Origin: Octopus vulgaris
Taxonomy: Eukaryota
Length of the DNA: 64,000 bases
Assembly: GCA_951406725.2 (NCBI GenBank)
Contig: OX597818.1
Coordinates: 8,866,001 to 8,930,000 of the forward strand
Reading direction: 5' to 3'
A program made the translations under genes and the position numbers. Below, piece after piece: positions 13,141 through 25,701 of this stretch (position 1 is the stretch's first letter; the number at the start of each line of letters is the position of its first letter). The notes under the pieces are model-generated. The model did not search any database and was not told the DNA's origin. It saw only the letters and a list, made by a program, of their open reading frames with translations.

Positions 13141-14552
13141 ATACTTAGGAATCCATGAACTAGATAAGACACAATACACAAATGAAAGAGAAAGTAGAAA
13201 AAGAATATTATAGACGACTTGGATCAATACTGAAAACAGAGCCCAATGCTAAAAACAAGATAATATGTATCAACACTTTAGCCGTCCCAGTTATAAGTTA
13301 CAGCTACAATATCCTTATGAACTGACCAAAATAGATAGTAAAACAAGAAAAATAATGACAGGATCTAGGATGCATAACACAAAATCTGACATAGAAAGGC
13401 TATATATACAAGGTATAGAAGGTGGTAGAGGCCTTATACGGCTGGAAAACTAATACAAAATAACCACCATAGGACTGCAAAAATATCTACTTCAGAAGGA
13501 AGGAAAACTGATACAAATAGCGGCAAAACACGAGCAAAACAAAAAACTGTTCTCAGTATTTAAGGAAGCTGACAAATACAAACAAGAAATCATACCACCT
13601 AACAAATATGAAGAAGAAGATGATTAAGAAACAACAAAAGCTATAAAATAAATAAAATCCAAACTAAAAATAGAACAGCAACGAACCATGATAAAACGAT
13701 GGCAAGAAAAGCCTCTTCATGGCAAATACTGGACTAAACTAAATGCAAAAGAAATAGACAAAGAAAAATCCCAGCAAAGGTTTAGAAGCTCAGGACTCAA
13801 AGCAGAGACAGAAGGATTTTTAATTGCAGGACAAGACCAAAGCCTCCCTACCGGAAATTACCAAAAACATGTAATGAAAAGAAACATAACAAGTAATTGC
13901 AGAATATGTGGAGATGGACAAGAAACAATAAATCATATTATCTCTGGCTGCCCAGTCCTGGCTAAGAAGGAATATATTCACAGTCATGACAGAGTTGGGA
14001 CCTATATACACTGGAAGCTATGCCAACATTATGAAATAACAACAGAAAAAAGATGGTATAGGCACACAGCAGAAAAGGTCACAGAAAACGAGAAAGCAAC
14101 CATGCTCTGGGATATGCCAATACACACAGATAGAGAAATTAAGGCCAACAGACCAGATATAGTTGTCAGAGATCATGAAGAAAAAAATGCTTTCTAATTG
14201 ATGTATCAATACCAGCAGATGACAACGTGTCTCTAAAAGAAAAGGAGAAACTTTCAAAATACTGGAAATAGAGGTAACCAGAATGTGGAATCTAAAAACG
14301 GAAACAATTCCTATCATAATAGGTGCATTAGGCATGCTAAAAAATATTCAGACAAATACATAACAAAAACACCAGCACTTACAGATACATATAACATACA
14401 GAAAAATGCACTACTAGGCACTGCACACATCCTATGCAGAACACTTTCCATACAGTAACCATTAGAGCATCACAACAAATCACAGCACATACCCAGGGCA
14501 CACAGAGCTGCGCTCGGTAGTGAAGTGAAAGCACGCTATAAAAAATATACTA

Positions 14553-14558
<6 letters not shown>
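13141..14558 (+). mobile_element. 5'-truncated R4/Dong-clade LINE (RT C-terminus, CCHC knuckle, REL endonuclease), pseudogenised
   Basis: GGRGL, CRICG..ETINHIISGC, HSHD and RPDIV motifs; close copy of 31965-33415; (TAA)n on both sides. Confidence 0.9.
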
Positions 14559-14626
<68 letters not shown>

Positions 14627-14999
14627 ATTAGCATGTGTCAATTTCATTTCTTCATTTTCCTTTTATTATTGTATATATATATATATATATATATGTCTGT
14701 GTGTGTGTGCGTACATATATATACATATCTACAAAAGTCAGTTGCATATATCATCACCCATTCATCCAAATAACTGTAGGTTATGCTATTAATATATTCA
14801 CATGTATTAGTAAGAACAATAACATCTTCATCGCGCCCACTTTAATCTAAATAACAATGAATTCAGTTGATTCCGATCATAGGACTAATAATGATGCCAA
14901 AATGATTATTAGTCCTATGTCGTTTTAATACTAGATAATAGTTTCACTAAAAAGGCCAGAAATTTGTAAATATAAAAATCCAACATCCTAACTGCGACA

Positions 15000-15560
15000 G
15001 GATTTTTACATGAGATGTTTCCAAGATCTGTCATCCCAGAAGCGATAGTGCCTGACAATGGAACGCAATTTGTCTTTTGCGTTTAAAAAGTTTTGTAAAA
15101 CGTTCGCACTAGAACGTGTAGCTACGGCAACATGCCCTCTCAGATCTAACGGACAAGCAGAATACTTTGCCGATACGTTCATGCGAGACCTAAGAAAATC
15201 GAATACGGAGGTCATGGGTGAGGTAGCTCTACAACAAATCTTATTAAGTATAGTGTTACACCAAATCCAGATAAAGCAGTAGGAATGTCACCAGTGGAGC
15301 TGATACTTCCGAGAAGAATAAAATCAGTCTTCGACAAATTGCTATCTGGAAAGAAAAGTAAAATGGCAAGGAAAAATACACCAAGTTATTTCAAAATTGG
15401 TGAAAATATGTATATTAGGGCATATAAGAATGGAAAATAAAGTTGGGAAGGTGGTTTGATTAGCAAACGGATAGGGAAAAATACTATACTTGGAAAAAGG
15501 AAGAAAACGGGTAAACAATAGATACATGAACCAACTAAAAAAGGAAAAAAATATTCGTTG
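15000..15560 (+). pseudogene. Gypsy-type LTR retrotransposon integrase relic
   Basis: Broken frames give PEAIVPDNGTQF...FCK...P.RSNGQAE.F.DTF, the DDE integrase core pattern. Confidence 0.7.
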
Positions 15561-16230
15561 AGAGCGAATCCAAGAGAATTGAAAAGCCAAAGGAATGGTT
15601 AAATGATACTTTTCAAGTACCAATGCCACTACAAACGACTGAACCTTGATGCACAAACGTAAGTAAAAGAAAATGCACTGAGATCCTGAAAATAGATGCC
15701 AAACGAAATATTAAATGTAATTATATAAAAAAAAAAAAATCAAACAGACACACACATATATAAATTTATAGATAGATAGATACACGTATATACGCTCATA
15801 AGATGCTCCCTATATATAGCTGTGTGTGCGTATGTATGTACTATGTATGAATGAATGTATGTATGTTTGTATGTATGTTTGTATTTCGTGAGAAAGTTGA
15901 AATCAGTTACTATGAAAGCAAACAAGACGTTTTAGTTAAGAGAATTATCCTTTTTTGAATATGTGGTTGGTTTGGTGTGTTAGTTGATCTGCCATTGTTC
16001 ACGCTAAAATGTGTGCATCTATTGATATAAAGACTATCAGACTGAGAATCTCTGGAATGTCTTATAAATCTCCACTGCGCAGCCAACATATTACATTTGA
16101 TGAATGCATGTCAGTCTCTTTTGCCCTTTCTTTGAAAAACAGTAATTCTAGAGATTTTTTTTTTGGGGGGGGGGGTCAGGTACGTAGCCAAGTGCAACTA
16201 TAATCATAGTTACAAATAAAGATTTAATAA

Positions 16231-16372
16231 AGGTGGCGAGCTGGCAGAAACGTTAGCACACCGGGCGAAATGCTTAGCGGTATTTCGTCTGTCCCTACAT
16301 TCCGAGTTCAAATTCCGCCGAGGTCGGCTTTGCCTTTTATCCTTTCGGGGTCGATTAAATAAGTACCAGTTA
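16231..16372 (+). mobile_element. tRNA-derived SINE (family B, Meta-domain-like)
   Basis: GGCGAGCTGGCAGAAACGTTAGC...GAGTTCAAATTCCGCCGAGGTCGGCTTTGCCTTTTATCCTTTCGGGGTCGA. Confidence 0.75.
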
Positions 16373-16769
16373 TAAATAATAACTAGAATGTACAAAAACA
16401 GACACAAATCAGAAGATATATTTGAAGAATAGGATCATACGTGATATCTGAAATATCTTCTGATTCAGTGTCTTTTATCTTGGTGTTCAGCAATTTAAAA
16501 TGAAATTAAGTCTGATCAACCTGCATAATCAGAAACGGTATTTAAACCCCACCCTTTATTTTATCAGTAGTCCGTACGTAAAAAAGACGTGTATGTAGGT
16601 ATGTGTTTATACATATGCCTATCGATATATCAGTACAGAGAAAAGTGTACAAATACACACACAGACGCACGCACACACTAACAGACACACGTACACAGAA
16701 ATACATATAAACTCAATTTTTTAATAGACATTTTCTATCTATATGTTTCATCATGTTATTTTCCCGCTT

Positions 16770-16810
<41 letters not shown>

Positions 16811-16811
16811 G

Positions 16812-17008
16812 CGCCGGACGAAATGCGTAGCGGTATTTCGTCTGTCGTTACGTTCTGAGTTCAAATTCCGCCGGGGTCGACTTTTCCTTTCATCCTCGCG
16901 GGGTCGATAAATAAAGTACAGAGTTTCGCACTGGGTCGATATAATCGACTTAATCCCTTTGTCTGTCCTTGTTTGTCCCCTCTATGTTTAGCTCCTTGTG
17001 GGTAGTAA
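16812..17008 (+). mobile_element. tRNA-derived SINE (family B), 5'-truncated, with tail
   Basis: Same core as 16231-16372, ending TGTGGGTAGTAAAGAAA in (TA)n. Confidence 0.75.
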
Positions 17009-17014
17009 AGAAAT

Positions 17015-17078
<64 letters not shown>

Positions 17079-17082
17079 AATA

Positions 17083-17227
17083 CTTTATTTAAAGCAGCAG
17101 AAATTTCAACAAAATCTGTTACTCTGAGTTTCTCGTCGCCGTTCATCAGACAAAGACTGTCTGATGAACGACAACGAGAAACTCAGAGTAACAGATTTTG
17201 TTGAATGTTCTGCTGCTTTAAATAAAG
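17083..17227. ncRNA. 70-bp-arm palindrome carrying a minimal hammerhead-like motif on each arm
   Basis: Plus strand 17157-17195: CTGT-CTGATGA-ACGACAACGA-GAAA-CTCAGAG-TA/ACAG. Inverted copy at 17115-17152 has loop A-CG-GCGA-CG-A. Stem II is very weak. Confidence 0.7.
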
Positions 17228-17297
17228 CATATTACTCTACCACTGGTATTTGAGTACTCTTTTTCTCCAGCTTGTTTCATATTTATGTGTTTACTCC

Positions 17298-17390
<93 letters not shown>

Positions 17391-17515
17391 TTTATATATG
17401 TATTCATGCATAAGTTAATGTATGTACACATGTATACACATATATACATATATATAGATATAGATATAGATATATATCTATGTATATATATGCATACATG
17501 TATATATATATATAT

Positions 17516-17554
<39 letters not shown>

Positions 17555-17556
17555 CC

Positions 17557-17588
<32 letters not shown>

Positions 17589-17871
17589 ACTGCTTCCTGT
17601 ATATGTATGAGTATACGCAGACACGTACATTTGCATACGTGTGTACGCGTATATGGTAATGTATGTGCATGTATGAAAGTGTTTTCTAAAAGATTTTGCT
17701 CATTCTGATAGGCTATATACGTTGTGTATGTATAATTATAGAAATATCGATGTATCTAAGTATAGATGTGTGTATGTATATATATTGGAGTGTTTGTGTA
17801 TTTATGTATATATAAATATACACATCTACAAACGTACGTATGCCCAATCATTAACATGCACACACACACAT

Positions 17872-17919
<48 letters not shown>

Positions 17920-19749
17920 TACATGTGTATACGTCTGTATCAATGAAGCATGTGTGTGTCTTGATACGTGTATATATAAGTACGCATCTTTATATGTGTG
18001 TATTTTACAACTTAAATTAGTTTCGGCAATTCCTTTGGCGCCTTTGGGAAAATTGGTAAATGTTTGGAAATCTTGATTCCCCAAAGAGTAAACTAAATAT
18101 TATATTAATCCCAGTCAAATAAATACCAAATATATAGAAATATACAAATATAAATATCATACACTAGATGAGTTCGTCTTCCTCTTTGATTTCTTGTCTC
18201 GTGATTTTTTTCCTCCTCTCCAAATCAATAACAAAACAAATAAAAAATAAAACTAAAAATGGATTTTAGAATCCTCCTGCCATCAAACAGTACGCTGCAA
18301 GTAAAACATTCTTCTTCTTGTCGAGAAATAGTAATGGAATTTTTTTATTTACTCTCTCATAACTTCTTAATTTTTTATCTCTTTACATCTATTTAAATTT
18401 TCATTTTTCTGTATGAATTCCTCTTCCTCTTCCTTTTCATTTTATTATTAGAGTACGGTTATTATCATCATCATCATGCACGTCATCATCATGATTTTAA
18501 ATTGGAAATGCATATACGCATATGATTACGATTTGCAATAAAATATTTTCTCCCTCAACTCACATTCGTACAGTTTAACTTACTTAATTATTACAGTTTT
18601 ACCTTTCATAGAAATTTTTTCATGCAGTTACCATCTAGTTCTTCGAAATCGTGCAATTAGCTATATGCTGAAACACAAAAATTTGTTAAATTATAAAGCT
18701 GCTGAGATACTGAATTGTAATTCTGAAATTCAATTTTGGATATGTAAATATATTAAAGAATATCTTGCTGTAGAAGATATTTACTTCCAATGGCTACAAA
18801 GAGAAATGACAACTGAAATATATTCCACAGAAAGCTTACTGAAAATTGATTAAATAGCAATGTGAGTGAACGAAGGAACTGTTTATGTTATGGATCTATA
18901 TACTAAAGATGTGAACACACCTCTTCCAAAAATATATGTAAACATTGATTAATATAATAAATGATAACCTGTTTTAATACATATAAGTATGTTCGCAACT
19001 TGAAAACCTCCGACGAGAGGTCTGTTAACCTATCAGGCTATTGTAGAGATTGTCTGGTAAAAACTGTGCTGCAGTTCTTTGTTAGTATAAGGTGGTGGCA
19101 TCAGATCGACGATCGGAGGGTTTCAAGTTGTGGCTGGACTTATATTTATTGAAACGCGGTGTATTTTGGATTATGTTATAATTGTTATTTCTGGTATTTC
19201 ACGCTAAAATATGTCTAAAATGCATTTCAGCTACTTTTGTTTCAGCATATTTGAAGCGTAAAGTTAGAACATTTTTACTTGTTAGACGTAAAGACACATT
19301 TCTGCCTAATATACATACCATATGCTTGAAATTACAGATAGGCTTCTAAGTGAAGATTTAATAAAAAACATATCGGACGTGATATCTTCTCATATGTACA
19401 AGGAATATATTATCTATATAAATATTCCCTTCTGAATATCTTAATGTTGATATAGAGTGTTAAACACTTTCGGTATGCAAATTAGGGACTCCTGCATTTC
19501 TTAACTATATAAACAGTTTGACTGCTTATAATCTGGAGATTGTCAGAATGGTGTAGACGCCTCAGATGAAAACACAATAAAAATCAACAATCGATGAAGT
19601 GTGTTCATCATTTTTTTCAGTCTGCGGAAAAATAGCTAAAATTTGCCATGTTTATAATTATACCATATATTATAGATATACATGGGTTATTTATTTTAAT
19701 GTTTTTTTTAATTTATTATTTGGGTTGCTTAAAATATTTTGCTAAAATT

Positions 19750-20839
19750 TCTCGACAGATCTATCGGACTTTAAAAGGGGTCACATTGTTGCTGCTCGTA
19801 TGGCAGGCACTAGCGTTACGAAAACAGCCGAAATGCTTGCTGCATCAAGAGGTACTGTCTCGAAAGTTATGACAGCTTTTGAGAAAGAGAGAAAAACCTC
19901 CCCATCGAAACAAATCTCCGGAAGAAAATCAAAACTTTCTGATAGGGACCGTCGGACTATTACGCGAAATGTTAGAAACGATAACAAAAGTACAGCTCCC
20001 AAAATTACTACAGAGCTTAATGAGCATCGCGAGAAGCCAGTTTCCACAAAAACTGTTCGCCGGGAGCTGCACAAATCCGGATTTCACGGAAGGGCTGCAA
20101 TCAGAAAACCACTTCTTTCAAAAACAAATGTAGCAAAGCGTTTAGAGCGGAGGAAAAACCTATATAATTGGTCCCTAGAGTGTGGAAGAATGTTATTTTC
20201 TCGGACGAGTCATCCTTTGCCTTATTTCCGACCACAGACCGAGTCTACGTGTGGAGACAGCCAAAAGGAGCATCTGACCCAGACTGCCTTCTTCGAATTG
20301 TTAAACATAGAGAAGGATCTGTGATGATCTGGGGGTGGGACTATATCTTGGAAATCCGCCGGCTCAATGGTTTCCCTTTCTGGAAGAATTAATGTCAAGA
20401 CTATTCAAGCATTTTATCTGATCAAATTCATAGTATCGTTGCGGAACTGCTTCCGGGGGATAATGCAATCTTTCAGGATGATAATGCACCAATTCACACT
20501 GCTGAAGTTGTTACTGAATGGCACAAGGAACATTCTAGTGAAGTTGAACATCTTATCTGGCCAACATAGTCCCCAAATCTCGATATTATTGAACATTTAT
20601 GGCGTATTTTAGAAAGACAAGTGAGGAATCGATATCCTCCGCCATCATCACTACAAGAAGTGGAGACTGTTTTAGCTGAAGAATCGACAAGAATTCCTCT
20701 GGAAACAATTCGAAATTTGTACGAATACATACCTCGTAGACTTCAAGCTGTAATTACTGCCAGAGGCGATCCTACTCGATGTAATAAGATAAATTTGTCT
20801 GAAATATTAAGATGTTTTCATTACTTTGTCCAACCCCTG
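19750..20839 (+). mobile_element. Tc1-family DNA transposon, frameshifted transposase
   Basis: HTH region (SGRKSKLSDRDRR, VSTKTVRRELH), WKNVIFSDES, FQDDNAP.H, WP..SP.L.IIEHLW (DD34E-like). Right end ...TTTGTCCAACCCCTG|TA; no left TIR found. Confidence 0.9.
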
Positions 20840-20918
20840 TATATACACATATTGCCCACTAACTCGTGTTTGAATACCTATCTATTTGTTTAGCTATCTG
20901 TATTATATATATACATAC

Positions 20919-20956
<38 letters not shown>

Positions 20957-21008
20957 ATGTGTGTACAAGGATGAAAAGGAACACACGAGTTGATATATAT
21001 GAAAAAAC

Positions 21009-21526
21009 AAGTCAAGATAGAAAATGCTAAAATAATTTTATAAAGAACATTTCAGTGCCGGTTCCAGTCATTTTGAGACCTTTTCAACTGTAACGATTAA
21101 ATAATTAAATTTAGAAAAATTAAAAGAAAAGTCTTTTTAAAAGAATATTTGTATAGTGTTCAAATATAAGTGGCATTTTCCTTGTTTCTGCCTTTCTATG
21201 CCTCTCTTGTTTACACTTGTGGGTTCGAGGTCGAACCCACAAGTGTAAACAAGAGAGGCATAGAAAGGCAGAGACAAGGAAAATGCCACTTATGGCTTCG
21301 ACCTCGAACCCACAAGTGTAAACAAGAGAGGCATAGAAAGGCAGAAACAAGGAAAATGCCACTTATATTTGAACACTATACAAATATTCTTTTAAAAAGA
21401 CTTTTCTTTTAATTTATTTTTCTAAATTTAATTATTTAATCGTTACAGTTGAAAAGGTCTCAAAATGACTGGAACCGGCACTGAAATGTTCTTTATAAAA
21501 TTATTTTAGCATTTTCTATTTGGACT
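21009..21526. repeat. ~225-bp-arm near-perfect palindrome with a duplicated ~60-bp centre and a degenerate hammerhead-like motif
   Basis: 21009-21235 is inverted at 21297-21526. 21443-21486 reads TTACAG-TTGAAAA-GGTC..GACT-GGAA-CCGG-CA-CTGAAA. A related old copy lies at 22082-22320. Confidence 0.9.
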
Positions 21527-21529
21527 TTT

Positions 21530-21583
<54 letters not shown>

Positions 21584-22419
21584 GCATACATATAATGTAT
21601 ACTTAAGTATATAATATACATGCCATGCCTCACTCTGTTGTAAGTATTTTGCTCCCTAGCTACATGGTTCAGGATTTGATCCCACTGCATCGGGTTAGAT
21701 GAGTATGGTGATCTAACTCGCTTTGGGGTGGTTTTCTGTACTGTCAGTAGATAAACCCCTGCTATCTTGCGGCCCTATGGGCTTTTAGCCCTTACATTTA
21801 GCAATATAACTGCTACCCAGGACCTCAGTCACAATCAGCGGCAACGGAATTTTTCCGTTTTCGTGTTATATTGCTTATAGCCGCTTTTATTGCCTATTTA
21901 ACAATTTCATAATTTTATTAGGAGTAAGCCAAACTATCCAGTTAAAGAGTAGTCTCCACTTATAAGCTTTGAATTTAAAGCGAAACTAGACTAGTATAAT
22001 GAACTCGCTAGCTGCGGTTATCTCCCCTGTCATTGCACAGACATGTGCTTCTTCTTTCTAGTATTATGCATATATCGAATTTTGAAAAGGAACACACGAG
22101 TTGATATGTATAAAGAAAATAAGATAAGATAGAAAATATTAAAATAATTTCATCATGAAGAACATTTCGGTCTTTGCGAAATTTAGATTAAATCATGAAA
22201 AACAATTAAATTGCAGAAAAATTAAATGAAATGTTTGTTTTAACAGTTCCATAGTTTTCAAATGCAAGGGACATTTTCCTTTTTTCTCTCTGTCTCTGTC
22301 TCTTTTCTACACATGTGAGGTCTCGGTAGCAGGTAGCAGGTAGTGGCAGTCCTAATATTTGATATGAGTTCTTGGTTTTGATTGTTTAAGCCGCAGTAGT
22401 AGCTGGGAAAGGAGGCGGC

Positions 22420-23910
22420 GGTTATTGCTCTTTCTCAGCACAGAGTGGCTGCTCGGCTAGATAGCGCTGCTGAACTCCCGTTCGAAAGTATATAATTTTC
22501 AAAGTGACAAGCAATCACTCATCTAATAAATATAAACATTATTATTTCTGAACCTCAGAAAGAGAGATATTCAGTAACAGAATCTTAAAGTAAAGACTAT
22601 TTGCCAACATAATGAGACAGTCATGGGTACGACGAATGTTACTGTTATTTAGCCCCAATAAACGTCGTTTCCTGCTGGCTGTTGATAATATGTTTCTTTA
22701 TATTTTCAAACAGGGGAACTCAGCATCCAAATCCAGCAAAAAAGCAACATCTGTGAATCGATTTCTGAGTTATTGCCTTTCTCAGCACAAAGTACTTGCT
22801 CGGCTAGACGGCGCTGCTGAACACCCATTCTAAAATATATAATCTTGAAATTGAATGACAGGCACTGATCTAATAAATGGAAACATTATTATTTCTAAAT
22901 TTCTCAAAGAGAGATATTCAGTAATAGTACATTACAGTAAAGACTATTTCCCAACACGTGTAGCAGTGCTGAATGCGACGAATGTTACTATTGTTTAGTC
23001 CCATGAAATGTCGTTTTCCGCTGGCTATGAGACACAATATCTGTATATTTTCGAATTAGGGAGCTCAGCACCACCATCCAGCTCAAAGCAATATCTATGG
23101 ACCCGTTTCTGGGTTATTGTGCTTTCTCAGCACAGAATAGCTGCTCGGCTACAGTTTCACATATATTGCTTGTGATGGGTAGGGGTGCTGAGCTCCCCTC
23201 TTCGAAAATATAAGGACACAGATATTGTGTCGTATAGTCAGCCAGAAACGACGTTTGCTGTGGCTAAACGACAGTAACATTCATCACATCTTGGACTGCC
23301 ACATTATGCTGGCAAATGGTCTTTACTTCAAAGTACAGTTACTGTACTCTTTCAGGGATCTAGAAATAATAATGTTTTTATTCATTAGATCAATGAAGGC
23401 GTGTGACTTTGAAAGTCATACATGTTCGAACAGGAGTTCAGCAGCGCCGTCTAGCAAAGCAGCTACTCTGTGGTGAGAAAGAGCAATAACACAAAAACCA
23501 GTCCAGAGATGTTGCGTTGTGGTGGATGGAGGTGCTGAGCGACCCTGTCCGAATATAGAATTACATAGATATTATGTAGTATAGCCAGCTTGAAGTGACG
23601 TTTCCCGGGACTAATAAATAGTAACGTTCATCCCACCCAGGACTGCCACGTTATGCTGGCAAATATTTTTACCTAAAGTACTGTTAATGAATATCTCTCT
23701 TTGAAAGATTTAGAAATAATAAGGCTTCCATTCATTAGATAGGTAACTGTGTGTGACTTTGAAAACCATTCAATTTCGAAAGGGAGTATGGCACCATCTA
23801 ACCGAGCAGCGACTCTGTGCGGAGAAAGGACAATAACCCACAAACCGGTCCACAGATGTTGCTTTGTGTTTGATGTTCGTGCTGAGCACGCCAGGCCGAA
23901 AATATAAGGG
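22420..23910. repeat. Diverged ~350-bp tandem repeat, about 2 units in each orientation
   Basis: GTTATTG..TTTCTCAGCACA....GCTCGGCTA at ~22421, 22769 and 23113; reverse-complement units from ~23183 to 23910. Confidence 0.85.
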
Positions 23911-24000
23911 CACTCTATAAAATTATAATGGTACTCTAAACATAAAATTTATAACAAAAGTAACCTTTAATAGGGAGCTATTAATGTTATTAAACAATTA

Positions 24001-25701
24001 TTATTTATCATGAAACTTATTATATAGGTAAAGTAACCTATGTCTGCATTTAATTTTGCGCTCTTCACCTGTATTAAGTAAATTATCATACTTATAAAAT
24101 AAAATTTCCTTAAACTCATTAGAGCATAAATAACAAAAATTCGCTCCTATAGTATATGATTTGGTTTTACAAATTATTTCCCAAGATAAACTATAATTAA
24201 TATTTTGTGATTTAAGTCTCCAAATGTACTTACTAAGTCCAGTGGAGTTGATTAAGTTTTTATTTTTAAAAGAATTCAGATGTGCGATTCTTAATTTTAT
24301 TTTAGAGGAAGTAGACCCTATATAAATCGCTTTTGGGTAATTATTATCCTTAAAGTTATTATCATGTAATGTAACTATACATTTATACACTACATCGTTA
24401 ATATCGCATTTATTATTTAATTTACATTTAGATTTATCTCTACAAGTACAATTAATATATGTCTTATCTTTATTATTAGTATTATTAAATAATTTATTCT
24501 TATAAAAATTATTCAGTTTAAATTTATTAAATGAAGAAACAATGTTACCTACATTATTAGTGGTGGAATAACCTACTCCAAATTTATTACTAGAGAAAAT
24601 GTTTTTATATTTACGATTATCTCTAATAAATAGTTCGATAATATCTAAAATCTCTTTAATAATATTCGTTTTTACTTGATCACCATAAGGAACTATTAAC
24701 CAAATTTTATTCTTATTTACCTTATTATTATAACTGTCATTATTATTATTATTGTATTCATAATTCTTTATAATATTAAAATTATTATCAGAATTATATC
24801 TATGTACAGCATTTAATGAATTATTATTATTAATTTTATCAATATTATTATTATTATTATTATTATTATTTTTATTTTTATTATTCTTATTTTTATTTTT
24901 ATTATTTTTATTTTTATAATTTCTAATATTTTTACGACTAATATTAACAAAATTATAATTATTATTAATATAATTATCTCGAAAATTATTAGTTATATCT
25001 TTATCATTAATATTATAAAATTTAATATTCCTATTATAACCTGCCTCTCTAAGGGCCTCATTATAATAAGTAGCATGTTTATTAAAAATCTCTAAATCAT
25101 AAGAGAGTAATGAAATACGTTTACTTATATTATTAATCAACGATTTTTTAATAGAATGTGGGTGATTACTATTAACATTTATATATCTAAGGTTCTCATT
25201 AATTTTATGATATGGTTGTGTTTTACCTGTAATTAGATTAAAATTAACATCTAAATAATTAACATTATAATTCTCCTTATATATAGTAATACTTAAACCA
25301 TATCTTTTAAAGAAACTATATAGTTTTTTCTTATATACTTCTAGATTCCTATTAGTACAATTCTTTGTAATTAGTAGAAGATCATCTCTATATAAACCAC
25401 CCTCTATCTTAAGATTTTCTAATTGGAGTTCAGATAAAAGAAAAATACCTACTAAATCTGTAGCTTGTGCAGAATCTGGTGCTCCCATAGGTATATCAAA
25501 ACAATCCCTAGTATCTTTCCTAGCCCATAATTTATTTTTATATTTAATGAGCGATTTCCTAGCCATTTTAATTACATTAACTTCATCGAATGTCATTCCC
25601 ACTTTATTCATTGCGAAAATAAGGGCCTTATTAAGCACAATTTCATTATGTGTGTGTTTATGTGTGTGTATCATAAATTCAGTCGGAAAACAATCTTGCA
25701 T
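24001..25701 (-). mobile_element. Penelope-like element ORF, 5'-truncated: RT (C-terminal half), Asn-rich linker and GIY-YIG endonuclease; Hydra-clade-like
   Basis: IPMGAPDS, GLYRDDLL, VNYLDVNF, YINVNSNHP, CTCRDKSKC (CxCx5C), VVY...IYIGST...KLR, CYLC...LLN...KCRH. The first ~20 codons are microsatellite-derived. Confidence 0.9.

Noticed and set aside
14878-14919. Small hairpin CATAGGACTAATAAT/ATTATTAGTCCTATG (similar one at 16407-16465)
   Set aside because: Isolated short inverted repeat with no assignable function.
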